Shown: positions 26,651-40,821, counted from the stretch's first letter. The stretch is DNA of 64,000 bases from Octopus vulgaris (GCA_951406725.2 OX597837.1:45384001-45448000), one strand, 5' to 3'. Notes: a model not told the origin generated them from the letters alone. Translations and numbers: made by a program.

Positions 26651-27259
26651 GTGGTATGCGGTGGCTGTACGAAACCTCTAAGTGATACGCCATCACAAAA
26701 AGGTTGGAAACTACTGTTCTACATAAACGAAGGAGCGGTGCTTTGTGTACCATTTTCCGTATTTAGCATATATTTATGAGTTGTGGTTATACATATGTTT
26801 ACATTGTCTTTCGTTCTATAATTCCTAAATTATTGGTTATTATAGGGATTACTTCTGTTTATTTTAGTGCCTACATTCAGGTTGTCTTCATTCTTAGATA
26901 TTTGTATTTGGATTCAGTTTTCGTGTCTTCGAGGGCCATTATTAACTGTTTGGAGTGAGATTTCAATTAGAATATCCTCCTTTTCCCGGTGGCTCTTGAC
27001 AACAATATCTAAGGGATTAGCGCTGAATTTCGTGCTTCTATTATTTGCATAATCCATTCTCGGAGTTTTTAGCTAGAGTAAGGATTGGCAGAAGCGATAG
27101 AGCGCCGAACAAAATGTTTTATGATATTACTCTTGGTTTTTGCTTTCTGAGTTCAAATCCACAGAAATCAACTTTGCTTTTTATCTTTCCGCATCAATAA
27201 AATGAAAAATAAGTTAAGTGCTGGAACTTATGTAAACAGTTAACCATTCCGTTTTGAAC

Positions 27260-28189
27260 TTACTGGCGTCTTGTGCCGTTAATATGAAACCGCCAGTCTC
27301 TGCTTTCAGTCCTGAGCTTCTGCGCCACTGATGGGTTGTTGTTTGGTCTACATCGGCATTTCGGCTTCGAAGTATAAACCGTCCGTGCAGAGGCTTCTTG
27401 CTCCACGATCTTCAATTTGTTTCTGCCCGTTCTTTTTTGCAGTCTGTTTGATCCGTTTTGCTTGTTTGGTGGCTGTGATTTCAGCTTCTTCATCTAGTTC
27501 AGGGTTAATGCCGAGTTCCTTGGCGAATTTGCAAGCTTCTTTGACAATGGAATATGATTTTTTGCTGCTTTCGTGTTTGCAGACAAGCCGCAGCATCTAG
27601 TCCTCTGCAGTAGATAAGTGCCTGTTTATTTGCTATCGTGGGGGTCTTACAGAACAGTTCTACCTGCATCATTCCTCTTCCCCTATTACTTCCAGGTAAG
27701 TACAGACTATCAGCTTCTCCTTTTGGATGGTGCATGTTCTTAGATGTTAGTAGTTTTTCTGTCTTCCTGTCCAGGCGTTGGAGTTCTGTAAGATTCCAGT
27801 TAATGATGTTAAAACTGTATTGGACTACTGGAACTGCCAGAGTGTTAATGGCTTCGATGCGATTTTTGGAATTGAGTTACGAGTCTTTAGTACGAGTCTT
27901 TAGTACGAGTCTTACTCTCTTGTAATACTCCTTTCTCCTTTTTTTCCTTCATAGTAGCATGTTGTATACCATCTCCTTCGTTTATCCCCAGGTATTTATA
28001 GATTTTTGTGGGTCAAGCTCCTTGATGGTCGTGTCAGTATCTAATTTAATGGAAGCTGTTTGCCTGAGCTTACCTCTTACAAAAGTTGCTTTAGCACACT
28101 TATCAAGGCCAAAATACATCTTGATATCATTGCTGAACTATTTAACGGTTGTTAACAGCCCTACTAGCTCTTCGTCATTCCTAGCAAAC
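27260..28189 (-). mobile_element. R4/Dong-type reverse transcriptase fragment (frameshifted)
   Basis: Minus-strand peptides FSNDIKMYFGLDKCAK, HHPKGEADSLYLPGSNRGRGM, KPLHGR...SSGLKAETGGFILTAQD typical of R4-clade RT C-terminal region; 5' end abuts (TAA)n. Confidence 0.85.
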
Positions 28190-28199
28190 ATTATTATTA

Positions 28200-28285
<86 letters not shown>

Positions 28286-28288
<3 letters not shown>

Positions 28289-28403
28289 TAGTTTTATTTT
28301 TATAGCGTGCTTTCACTTCACTACCGAGCGCAGCTCTGTGTGCCTTGGGTATGTGCTGTGATGCTCTGATGGTTATTGTATGGAAAGTGTTCTGCGTAGG
28401 ATG

Positions 28404-28404
<1 letters not shown>
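28286..28404 (-). mobile_element. R4/Dong-type extreme 3' end in (TAA)n
   Basis: HILRRTLSIQ* followed by short 3'UTR; ATT repeats on both sides. Confidence 0.75.
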
Positions 28405-28436
<32 letters not shown>

Positions 28437-28516
28437 CATTATTATTATTATTATTTTTATTATTATTACTATTACTATTATCATCATTATTATCATTATT
28501 ATTATTATTATTATTA

Positions 28517-29058
28517 CTTTTTTTTTCTTCTTTCAAATTTTCTTCCATTTCTTGCCGAGTGTCTTCCCGACTCCTAGGGCAAAGAAACTCATAGTGTATA
28601 TTGGTAGGCCATTAAACCAAACTCAGTAGTTCGTTCATTTTTTTTTTTTTTTTAAGTTAAATTAAAATGCATGAGCAGCAACAGTTCTCACATCGACAAT
28701 GCTCTTCTCAATACGTGTGATGTACCAGTTAAGACAATCTTTTGCACTTCTTGCAGGGATGGTAAGCCAGGGATCATTCTCATATAATTTTCGGTTCCCT
28801 TCTTGATCATTCCTAGTGCTCCTACGATCACTGGTATTGTAACCGCCTTGAGATGCCACATTTTCTCAATTTCAATGAGTAGGTCTTTATATTTTCTGAG
28901 CTTGTCAAACTCTTTCGCTGAGATATTATTGATCACAGGGGATGCTCATGTCGATCAATAAGCAAACTTTATTGTTTTGGTCTTTCACAACAATATCTGG
29001 TTTATTGGCCTTGATGGTTCGGTCTGTATGTACTGGAAAGTCCCACAGAATGGTTTTT
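28517..29058 (-). mobile_element. R4/Dong-type restriction-like endonuclease domain plus 3'UTR
   Basis: ILWDFPVHTDRTIKANKPDIVVKD...LLIDMSIP...KEFDKLRKYKDL...VIVGALG...HVLRRALSM*, poly(A)-like tail, ATT repeats on both sides. Confidence 0.9.
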
Positions 29059-29916
29059 ATTATTATTATTATTATTATTATCATTATTGTTACTGTTGTT
29101 GTTATTATTTATGGTGTTGTTATTTTTCTTTCGTAAATGGGTTTTAGTTGCAATTCTGATCAGCGTATTAAGTTGAAACATTGCCAGACAAACACCGCAT
29201 TACACGGCATAACGAAACCGAAGCCATTATTCCGCCATTGTCATCGTGAAAGAACAAAGCGTTTCATTAGCCTCCTTAGCATAAAGTAGTCTTCAGAAAC
29301 AAACACAATAACAAGCAGACGATACAAACTGACGATCACGAACAACAGAAACGAAAACAACAGCAGCCACACCAATAATGTTTTCATAAAATAGTATTTA
29401 GTCTCGAAATTGGAAGCCAAATTTTATTTATTTTATATATAATTTGTCTCGAATGTTATTAAAGACTGCACCGAGGTTTTAGCTGTGGAAATATGGCGGC
29501 CATTTGTAAAGGAAAAAAAAACAAGTGGGGAAGATTAATGTGTAATTTTGTTTATACTTGAATAACAAGTATTAGCATCAACAAAGACGGTGACCACAGA
29601 GAATAACAATAAAGCTAAGCATCTATTCTCTCTCTCTTTCTTCTCTCTCTTTTCTCTCTTTCACGCGCTCTCTTTTCTTCCACCACCACCCTCTCTCCCT
29701 TTGTGTACGTGATATATAACATAAAGATAGATACGAACAGTAGTTTCTTCTCTGAAGACCTCCTTCTGTTCAGCTCTCATGAGAGTTTCTCTTACACATA
29801 CACACATATGTATGTGTGTGTAAACATGCATACATATATATATGTGTGTGTGTATGCGTGCGTATATGTATATATGTAAGTATATATACATCTATATATA
29901 TATGCAAATATATATG

Positions 29917-29964
<48 letters not shown>

Positions 29965-30243
29965 CATACATGCATACAGACATATATATGTAAGAATAGA
30001 CACAATTATATACACATGCAGACATAAACAAAAATATGTGGTTGCGTATATGTATATTTATTTATGGAGTTGAGTATATGCATTTATATATATATGTATA
30101 TGTATACACACATATATGTATATGTAAGTATATACATATCTATATATGTATATACGTACATATATGTCTATGTATATATGTGTGTATTTATATGCATATA
30201 TATACATGTATATCTATCTATATATATGTATATACATGCATGT

Positions 30244-30274
<31 letters not shown>

Positions 30275-31236
30275 CATATATATGTATTTATATATATATA
30301 TACACATATGTGTGTGTGCAGGATTGTGTTAGCGTTTCAAAGTTTAATATTCTGAACCTTAAATACATGAGATGCATATATATATATAAACACACACCCA
30401 CATATACTTGTGTTTGTGTGTGCGTGCATATATGTGCGTGCGCTCGTGTGTGTGTGTATGAACTATAGTGTAAGTTCTTGCGAGTGCCTATTGGTATGAC
30501 TGTGTCGGTTCCTTAAAACATGTATAGGTACCATAAACTCTCTCTCTCTCTCTCACACACGCTCACACACACGCGCACACATGCACACACGCACAGGTAT
30601 TTGAAGTTACAAATACATATAACTCTATATACAAGGTGTATGGGAGTGTATTGTTTAATAAGTATATTTATATTTATATATATATATGTGTGTGTGTGTT
30701 TGTATGTGTGTATGTAGGCCTATATGATGTGTATATCTGTGTGTATATCTGTGTGTGTATGTATGTATGTATGTACGTATGTATGTATGTATTTATATAT
30801 GTATGTGTGAGTTTGTGTGAGTGTGTGTATTCAATGTACGTAGTGTATTTACTGTCTGAAGCATATTATCTATGGTTGTATTTAAACGGATTTTTTAAGT
30901 GTGTCATAAGATGTAAACACTGGCGACTCCTTGTCCGAGGAATCCAAAGATTAGGAGACACCAACACAGTGACATCAATAAATTATATATATATACACAC
31001 ATACATACACACACATGCACAGAGAGAACAAGATATAAATATATATATATATATGTTTACATATATATATATATATATATACTCACACATATATTTCTAT
31101 GTAAACATGTGCATGTATCTATGTATAAATTTATGTATTTATGTGTATACACAAATATATGTATATGTGTGTGTATATATATATATATATATACATGAAT
31201 GCTTCAGTTTATGTATATAAATACGTATAAAAACAT

Positions 31237-31274
<38 letters not shown>

Positions 31275-31767
31275 ATGGAAAGATGGATGGATGCACAAAC
31301 ATACATAAAGACATAAATATATGCATACGCACGGTATGTGTCTGCCTATATATATATACACACATATACATATATATATATACCTGTATACGCATATATA
31401 TTCAACCGTACATGCATGTTTTTATCTATATATCTATAAAAATATGCATACACACACGCATGCGCATGCAAACAAACCTTATGAGACGTAAGCTTATTAG
31501 AACTGTTGAAGCTATCATAAGTCCTTTGTAAATATTCCATCGATCAAGTATTTCAGATTTTCAAAATACTGACAAGGCATCACATCGAATACCAATGATT
31601 TGCAGAACTATTTGAGGAAAATGTCTTCAGACTCATGTTTGGTATTGTGGTTGACACTGGAGATCGCAAGGCCTTTAATCTCTACTTCTCTGCGTAGCTA
31701 TTAAGTTTACTCCGAAACAAGGATCTCACTGTAACCGCAACTTGTAGACCATGTGTCCATTTCTGAT

Positions 31768-31820
<53 letters not shown>

Positions 31821-32093
31821 TCGGAAGTCGACCAGAGCTGATGAATGAAATTCTGTAGTTGGTAACTTTCCAGAAACCCGTTTAATATGTTTGTGAAGTC
31901 AGGAGATATGAGAGATGAATACAGACTTCCGTAGGATTACAGCTGTTTCGCAACCTTCGTGTAGTATTAATTTTAGTATACGTTTCACTACTTTAAAATT
32001 AATTACTATGTGTACACTGATAGCCGAGTCCGTAGGACGAGCTCACTGTGCTAGCTACATAATCCTCTGAATCCATATCTTATACTACTCATT

Positions 32094-32129
<36 letters not shown>

Positions 32130-32369
32130 TACACACATACACGCATACATATATGTGTGTGTATCTGTGTACGGGTGTGTATATATATATGTGTGCATGT
32201 ATATATATACAAACATATATATATGTATATATCCATACATATATATTTATATAGATACATACACACATTTATTGGACATATATGTATATATGTGTATGTA
32301 TATACATATATGCGTACGTATGCGTGTGGGAGAGTCACATGGGTATGTGTGTGTGTCAAGTTATACGTG

Positions 32370-32918
32370 AAACATACTAATTATCCGTTTGCTGTTCTGA
32401 TGAGCTTCTTTGATGGGACGCTTATCTGGTCTTGTCGATTCTTTACCCTTGATAAATCGTGATTACCATCTTAGAAAGCGGCATATACAGAGATGATAGT
32501 CTACCATCTACAGACGATAAGAAAGGAGATAATCTAGAATTAATATAAAATCCTGGCCCCTTTTCAACAGCTTGGACTTGTATCACAGAAACTACAAATG
32601 AAAGTACGGTTCACTTCATAGACGTTACCTTAAATCCCAACGTAATTACATGGTCACACAAATCATAGAAAATAAAACAAGAAGCTCGTTTACATTATTG
32701 AATCCACCCCGAACACTATCATCTTTAAGAACTTTGTCAACAATAGAAGCAGAGGCGCAGGAGTGGCTGTGTGGTAAGTAGCTTGCTAACCAACCACATG
32801 GTTCCGGGTTCAGTCCCACTGCGTGGCAACTTGGGCAAGTGTCTTCTGCTATAGCCCCGGGCCGACCAATGCCTTGTGAGTGGATTTGGTTGACGGAAAC
32901 TGAAAGAAGCCTGTCGTA

Positions 32919-32983
<65 letters not shown>

Positions 32984-33500
32984 CTATATGTTTGCGTGTC
33001 TGTGTTTGTCCCTCTAGCATTGCTTGACAACCGATGCTGGTGTGTTTACGTCCCCATCACTTAGCGGTTCGGCAAAAGAGACCGATAGAATAAGTACTGG
33101 GCTTACAAAGAATAAGTCCCGGGGTCGATTTGCTCGACTAAAGGCGGTGCTCCAGCATAGCCGCAGTCAAATGACTGAAACTAGTAAAAGAGAAAAGAGA
33201 GAGAGAGGGACCTCTATTATGTTCTGAGATAAAACAACAGTTAGTGGAGTCGTAAACCCCGTATCACAAAGCGCTGGGCATAGTGGATTTAAAGAAAAGA
33301 ATAACATACCATTCTTTAATTGCATTCAGATATTAAAGCTGAGGACTAAAAATTTAAACGTCATGTAATATGGTTCAATTCTCCATATACTCTCCATGGA
33401 AAGTCCATTGTTGCCAAGAACTTTCTAAATTTGATTCACAAACATTTTTTCCGCTGGACATAAATATTCCAAACTTCTTAGTCAGTAAAGCAAAACATTG
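32370..33500 (+). mobile_element. Naiad-type Penelope-like element, decayed RT core and thumb, interrupted by a SINE
   Basis: FAVLMSFFDG (cf. FDVTMGSFDG), GIYRDDSL (cf. GLYRDDGL), VHFIDVT, then after the SINE RHVIWFNSPY...NFLNLIHKHF. Confidence 0.8.
32753..33200 (+). mobile_element. Full-length CORE-type tRNA-derived SINE
   Basis: GGCGCAGGAGTGGCTGTGTGGTAAG head, GGTTCAGTCCC B box, TTGGGCAAGTGTCTTCT block, internal (TA)n, tail GCCGCAGTCAAATGACTGAAAC. Confidence 0.92.
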
Positions 33501-35099
33501 ATCAAGAGTTACATAACGGATATTTGCAACCCGTAATATAAAAATTGAATAAATATCTCATCCGTAATTCAGTTCCGTTCTTTGTTGTATTTCTTTGCTC
33601 TCTCGTCTATTGAAATATTGATAAACTAAGAAACAGAAAAAGTATTGACGTCAATATATATATATATATATGCATTGGATTCAATATATATATATATATA
33701 TATTTATGAAAGATTCGTGAAGATTTTCAGAAGATTTCACTGATCTCAGTATGTATGGTCATGATAAAAAAAAAATCTAAAACAAAAAGGCTTAAACTAA
33801 AAGACCAAAGTGTCTCTGCGCAGTTGCTCGACCTTGCAGAAATAGCAGCCAAAACCTCCCTCAAAATTGCAGACCATAACTTTTTAAATAAGAGGGTGAT
33901 GCATTGAGATATGTGATACGTTGATACATGAGGTCTTCATTCGTTGGTATGCCTTTGACTAGAACTGGGATGACCTAGGGTTAGGAAAACAATAATAACA
34001 ATGAGAGAACGCTGTTGCTCGACCTGCTAAGTATAGCAGCCAAATTTCCCTCAAACAAAAATTTCCTGGACTTTTTAAGAAAGAAGATTCTTTGGACAAT
34101 GTTGTCGGGTGTAGACTGTATCTAAACAGAAAGATGGGATGATCATATCCGGTATGAGTTTGTTCATATGACTAGTCCGTCCAGGACAAAACTGGCCTTA
34201 GACAGCAACATTTTTGCAAGAAAAGGCCATTTAGCATTTGTACGCTCTGTGTCTCATCTTTGCACCGCAACATTTCCTGCAGGCATTATCGAGTCTTTGA
34301 ATTCGGTCCTTGATTACGATAAACACATTGATTACGACGAAGAACATAGATATTTCCAGGACTTTCCATTGGATAAAGTTCTATGTCAACCAGGGAATAC
34401 ACCTGGTACCGTCTTTATATATAAGCAAGAACACACTGGACAATGTAGCCCGATGTACACTATGCCTAAAAATAAGGGCGAGATGGTCGTGGTTAGAACT
34501 CTTTAAACATAAATATTATCGAACAAGGCTGAATGGACCCTGTTTAAGCAAGTTCTCACAAGTGGAGTCATAGTTAATCGATATCATAAAAACTGATATA
34601 TCTGATCGATTTTATAGTAAAGCACTGATGTACATAGAAACATTGAATGAGATAACAAGAGAGAAAGTTTTTAATATTCGAATATGCGTGGGTGTTGCGT
34701 GGGTGTGTGCTTGTGCGTGGGTGTGTGTGTGTTTCTGCATGTGTGAGAGTGTGTGTGTTTGAGAGACAGAGGAGGAGAGAGAAAGAGAAGGATAGAAAAA
34801 CAGACAGACTGAGTAATAGAGACGAATATTGTTTTTAAAGCAAAATGATCGATTACACATGTATCAATATTGGTCTTTAAACAATATGAAACCTTTCGAA
34901 GTTACTTACTTCAAGCTAAAACCATATAACTTGCTTGTATTCATTGACCCATGATATATATGTGTGTGTGTGTGTGAGTAGATACGCAGACGATAACGTA
35001 TGTGGTACATGTACATATATGCATGTGTATATGTAGGTATATATACATACATACACATATACACGCATCTATACGTCTATGTGTACACATATATATATA

Positions 35100-35155
<56 letters not shown>

Positions 35156-35761
35156 GTATCTACAATCACACACACCGATATATATATACACATATAAACA
35201 TATATGTGCCTATATATACATATATATATATATATATACGTATCTACACTCACACACACCGATATATATATATACACATATATGTGCCTATATATTTACA
35301 TGCCTATATATACATATATGAATATATATATATACGAGTGTGTATGTATGTCCGTATGTATGTATGTATATATACATACATGTATACGCGTATTTATGTA
35401 TGTATTTATGTATTATGAATGTATGTATATATGTATGTATGTATATTAAAGTATATACTACTAAAATAAGTAGAGGAAAAACTGCGAAGCGGACAGTCGA
35501 GAGCCATCAAGTATTAGGCAGAGAAGTCGGTGCAAAACATAAAGAATGGTTAGTGACCAGGGATAATGGAATGATGGGGTTGTGTTTCTTGTTGTATACT
35601 TATGGCGTCGCTGAGTTAACGATTTTGATTGATCGATACTGTCTTATGACAGACAAGACAGTGAGTTCAAACCTTACAATAGAGCATAAAAACACTTTAT
35701 ACTTATATACATGCAAAACGTGCTAAAAAGACGTTAGACATCATTTTCCAAATGTAAGCAA

Positions 35762-35796
<35 letters not shown>

Positions 35797-35805
35797 AGAG
35801 AGAGG

Positions 35806-35836
<31 letters not shown>

Positions 35837-35936
35837 GAGAGAGAGGAAGAGAGTTTACGTAAAAAGCAAAAGACGAAGACAGGTGGTGTACAAAACAAAC
35901 AGATGTATTAGTATAACGCTCAGGAATAGAAAAAAG

Positions 35937-35973
35937 TATTTTATGTTTCGAGCCTACGCTCTTCTACAGAAAG
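35937..35973 (-). ncRNA. Degenerate hammerhead-like motif
   Basis: Minus strand CTTT-CTGTAGA-A-GAGC(gtag)GCTC-GAAA-CATA-AAAT; same repeat family as 1986-2020 with homologous flanks. Confidence 0.5.
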
Positions 35974-36359
35974 GGACACAGAAAAAAACAAGGAGAGAAA
36001 GAAAATGTGTGTAGTGGCTAACAATCTATCATGGCGTATATATATATGTATATATCACGTATTACCTTATATTATGTCATATTATATTATATTATATTTT
36101 ACATATGCGTGTGAGGGCACTCACTTTTGTGATTGTATTTGTTTCTGTTTGGTTGTGTCGGGGTGGTAAGGGTACGTTATGAATTTAAATTATATACTTT
36201 TGATAAAATATTGAAATACTTTTGGATATGGTTTTTTACCATTCTGCCTCAGTTATTGTTTTCTAGTCTATTATTGTTTCTACGAGACAAATATTGTAAT
36301 TATTACACTGTTGTTTTCTAACCCTATAAGTTATTTTCTCACTCCACCTTACAATTTTT

Positions 36360-36404
<45 letters not shown>

Positions 36405-36794
36405 GTATACATACATACACACAGACGCACACTCACACGCTCACACATACACACACGGCTGTGGAAGTATGTGTTTTTCACTGTCTCTCTTCCGCAATTA
36501 TATATTCGATAAGGATCTTTTTGATCGAAATATAATTGCAGCAAAAAAATAAGAAACTAATAAAACTCTGTTTTATTAAAATCACATTATTACGCTTTTC
36601 AAATTTCTGTACAACTTGATATATGCATATACATACACGCATATACATATACATATATATATATATATATATATTTACATATATATATATATATATTTAC
36701 ATATATATATATATATATATATTTACATATATATATATATTTACATATATATATATCAAATGAAATAAAATGAAAAACAGAACACAAAGGATGT

Positions 36795-36889
36795 TGCGGT
36801 ACACATGTTTCGAGCTTTATAGAACAACTTATTCTTACATCAATGTATAATCGACATAACAGATAGTTCAAAAGCCCTCTTCAACCGCA
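36795..36889 (-). ncRNA. Type I hammerhead with UUGA core variant and long stem II
   Basis: Minus strand TGCGG-TTGAAGA-GGGCTTT...AAAGCTC-GAAA-CATGTG-TA-CCGCA; flanks resemble those of 25003-25080. Confidence 0.75.
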
Positions 36890-37578
36890 TGCAATTGCTA
36901 CACCAAAGACTGGTATCACATTATGAAAGGTTTGAGAAAGAACATTTGGTATTATTTATAATGGTAGGTAAACCGAGTATCACTGAGAAAGTATGCTTTT
37001 AAATCTTCATAAACAAATAGGCGCACAGGGTATTATTGGACTCCAAAAAACAGTCCATACCGTTTTCTCACTCAATATAGTGAATACTGGGTAGATTCCG
37101 GTTGGGTTCATTTTTCTTGTAAGGGAAGGAAAAAAGGAGGATTGGGTATTGAGAAAAAGAGAAAAAGAAGAAAAGAGGGGAAGGGGAGGAAACGTTAATG
37201 AAGTTGGGATCACAAAAAAAATATATAAATATAAATATAATTATAAAAGATAATAAAATATAATAAAAGGTAAAGATGTAAAAATATGAATATATAAAGA
37301 TATAAAGAACGTCAGGTATAGGGTCATAAATTCTAGAAATGTATTGTGAAAGTGTAAAATGTACAAAAAATATTTGTTTTTGTAAATTTCAACTATATAT
37401 TATACGCTCACGTGGTCACTCCAGTTTTATCCTGCTTTAACCTCCTACGCTTTGGACTTACACATCTCAACTACTGCCTGAACTTTCTGCACCTCTTTTC
37501 ATCTACATACTAACATTCCACCCGGATTACCACTGGATGTACTTTCGATTTCACTGAATACTTCCGTACACACACACA

Positions 37579-37655
<77 letters not shown>

Positions 37656-37769
37656 ATATATACATATACATATATATGTCTACATATATACATATATATA
37701 TATATACGTATATATTTATATATGCATATACATATATATATATTTACATATGTACGAACATATATTTAT

Positions 37770-37801
<32 letters not shown>

Positions 37802-39000
37802 CTGCGCATACGCACACACCTATTCACCCCTTTTTTTCTGGTAAATGTAATCAACCGTGCTGCCTATCTGGGCCAGTGTATTCAATGCAATTCCATAATT
37901 AGATCCTCCTGTTTATTTCTGTTTGAGTCTAATCTCAACTTATCTCTTAATTGATTATATTTTAAACATATTTCTTATTACCAGTACATCTAGTGTATTG
38001 CTTACTCTAATTTTGTTCTTCACGTTTAATTATTGCCTGGAGATGACGAGTGTCTCTCATACACATTCCCAGTTACTTTCCGTCAGTTTGTTCGATGTAT
38101 CATTTATATTTATATTTACCGTAGACTCTCTTGTTATTTAATTCTATCATTGTTTATATTTAGTGTTATTTGCATCTTTTGCACTTCTTTCTTTCTTTAT
38201 ACTTGGGCTACATTTTTACTTTCTAACTATTTTCCATTTTCAGTATATTTTTATTTATACTTATTTTAATTTCCTGTCTTTTTTTTCATTTCTGTTCCTC
38301 GACTTACATTACCATCCATTTGTCTGTAGACCTACGTGTGAGTAAATCAATATTTGTAAATATGATTTTACCGTAATTTTTCTACTCAATTTTTTTTATC
38401 TTAATCATCTCGCTTAGCTTTTCTAATGGTTTCCTGGCAGGCTATCTAATTGTTTAGCGCAGTTCTTATCTTCGGATAAACAATTACACACTTTTTTTTA
38501 CCATTTTTTATTGCTTACAGCTTTCAGTTTCAGCCATGCTGTGAAATAGTTATTATTGCCGTTTCATCCTTTATTTCGTAGTTGTCATTTGATGAATGAG
38601 CGAATCTGATGTCACGGGCTTCATCCGTCTCCCCTAATATAATGTGGTTTCATTTAGAATCCTTTACATTTCGGAAAAGAATATTCTATAGATAAGATTT
38701 TTTAAACTCTATCTCGTAGTTACTATTTGATGAATGAGGTGATATGATACCCGCCCGCGGACCCCATCTATGTTTCCTGGTTAATGTGGGTTCATCTAGG
38801 ATTTTACCGTTTCAAAACGTTGACCTTTACTTCTTACAAAAGCTTTACATTTTGGAAAAGAATATTCTATAATCTACGTTTAAGTGAGATTAGACATTAC
38901 CCGCTGGTATAAATAGTGCCTCTATTTATATACACAAAATGTGACCAAAAATATTGATTATTTCATGAACGATATTACTCATCTAATACCACTTAATATA

Positions 39001-39345
39001 CAGGGTGCAATGGGTAAATTTTATATTGTTTGTACTTGATTTTGTCGACTACTCAGTATAGTAGGGTTAGTTGAGCACCGTCTGTGAGGAAAACAGTGCC
39101 ATAACGCAATTCACTCTGCCACAAATTTGGAAACGGCATGCTGTACTGCTTGGCATTTGCACTACAAGCTCCAATACGAACATTTCAGAGTGTTTGGATG
39201 TCAATCTGGGGACATGCACCGAGTGTGATAAAAAATCAACCATCCAGTCAATATCATGGTGTTTGGAGTATAGTGATTGTAACGTTATGTCTCCATTCGT
39301 CTTCCCTCACGGCCTCAGATTCAACACGGAGGCCTACATCAAGTA
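39001..39345 (+). mobile_element. Internally deleted Tc1/mariner-superfamily transposon
   Basis: TA|CAGGGTG terminus; peptides WKRHAVLLG...NISECLDVNL and VMSPFVFPHGLRFNTEAYIK resemble transposase HTH and catalytic segments. Confidence 0.7.
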
Positions 39346-39472
39346 GTACTGCCCTTGTCTGCTATATCAGAGCTTATAGAATAATAAACAACACATCTTT
39401 AGTTACATACACATCGGCCTGTTTTGCCACATCCCTCTGTGTTAGAACAGCTCTTTCTGTTTTCATCCAATT

Positions 39473-39810
39473 GAAGGCACGTGCCTCAGTGGTTAGGGTA
39501 TTAGGCTTATGACCGTAAAGTTGTGAGTTCGATTCCCGGCGGCGCGTTGTGTCCTTGAGCAAGACACTTTATTTCATATTGCACCAGTCCACTCAACTAG
39601 CAAAAATGAGTTGTACCTGTAATTCAGAGGGGCCAGCCTTGTCACACTTTGTGCAACGCTGAATCTCCTTGAGAACTACGTGTGTCTGTGGAGTACGCAA
39701 GAGTACGCGTGTCTGTGGAGTGCTCAACCACTTGGGCGTTAATTTCACGAGCCGACTGTTCGTCCGATCACATCAACCGGAACACTCTTCGTCGTAAGCG
39801 AATGAGATCC
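39473..39810 (+). mobile_element. tRNA-derived SINE (body 2 + tail 2)
   Basis: A/B boxes; body as in 2652-2899, tail as in 7488-7874. Confidence 0.85.
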
Positions 39811-40621
39811 AGGCCTGTTTTCCTCCACGATGGCACATAGTCGACAAAATGTTAGACATTAACAAAACAAAAAAAAAAACATACATCATCACCGCGAGTG
39901 GGTGTTTACCTGTTAAGTCAATAATTCAAACGAGGAACCAGAAATATTCTAACCTCTCAGGGCTTCAGGCTCTTCCAGTTTGTTGTTTTCATTAGTTACC
40001 CTTGTATTAAAAATAGGTGCGCATGTTACAATGGCTTTAACAATTCTGTCTGCATCTGATGATGCAACTTGTCTGCGTTCCGTTTATATTCCAGTTTGTT
40101 GTACCGAAATATCAGACTCTTTTTAGTTTACTCACCTCCGGCATTTTAATTCTTCCTGCTGTTCTTCGATACAATCAACTTGATCACAGATTCTTCGTTC
40201 TTTATCAAAACAACATTCTCTTTTCTCCTGTGTTATTCTTTAATCTTTTATCTTTTATCTTTTATCTTTATCTTACATCTTTTACTTGTTTCAGTCATTA
40301 AACCGCGACCATGCCGGAGCATCGCCTTGAAGTATTTTTAGTTGAACGAATTGACCTCCGTGCTCCAGCATGGCCGCAGTCAAATGACTGAAACAAGTAA
40401 AAGAGTAAAAGAGTAAACAATAGCGTGTTACATGCATAAACCGGGTGTTTTCACACCTTTACCATAAAAGAGAGATATTTTCTCCACGCTAATTACCGTG
40501 TATTTGGTCTTTAACAGTCGAAATATGTCACAAACATACTTTAATTAACTTAAATTTTGCTTATGCCCAAATGCTGCTTAGCGCTAACATTTCGTTATAT
40601 ATAAAATATACATTATATGTG

Positions 40622-40695
<74 letters not shown>

Positions 40696-40821
40696 GTGGT
40701 TTGGAATTTAACTATTCTTCTAGCGTGCAAGGATCCTTATGATGGATGTCTCTTATGTATTTAAATGTACATTGTATTTATATATGTGTGTGTGTTTGTG
40801 GGTGGGTGGGTGGGTGGGTGG

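Noticed and set aside
29490-29506. Overlapping YY1-like sites ATGGCGGCCAT as a promoter
   Set aside because: Isolated motif without CpG enrichment or exon structure nearby
31935-31955. Half hammerhead GAAA-CAGCTG-TA-ATCC on the minus strand
   Set aside because: No convincing CUGANGA box or stem II partner; at most a broken remnant
32017-32045. CTGATAGCCGAGTCCGTAGGACGAGC resembling a classic hammerhead stem II
   Set aside because: Core interrupted by four bases, GAAA box absent, no stems I or III
34168-34506. 112-aa non-repetitive ORF as a host exon
   Set aside because: No recognisable motif or clear splice sites; starts in decayed repeat sequence; a BLASTx search would be needed
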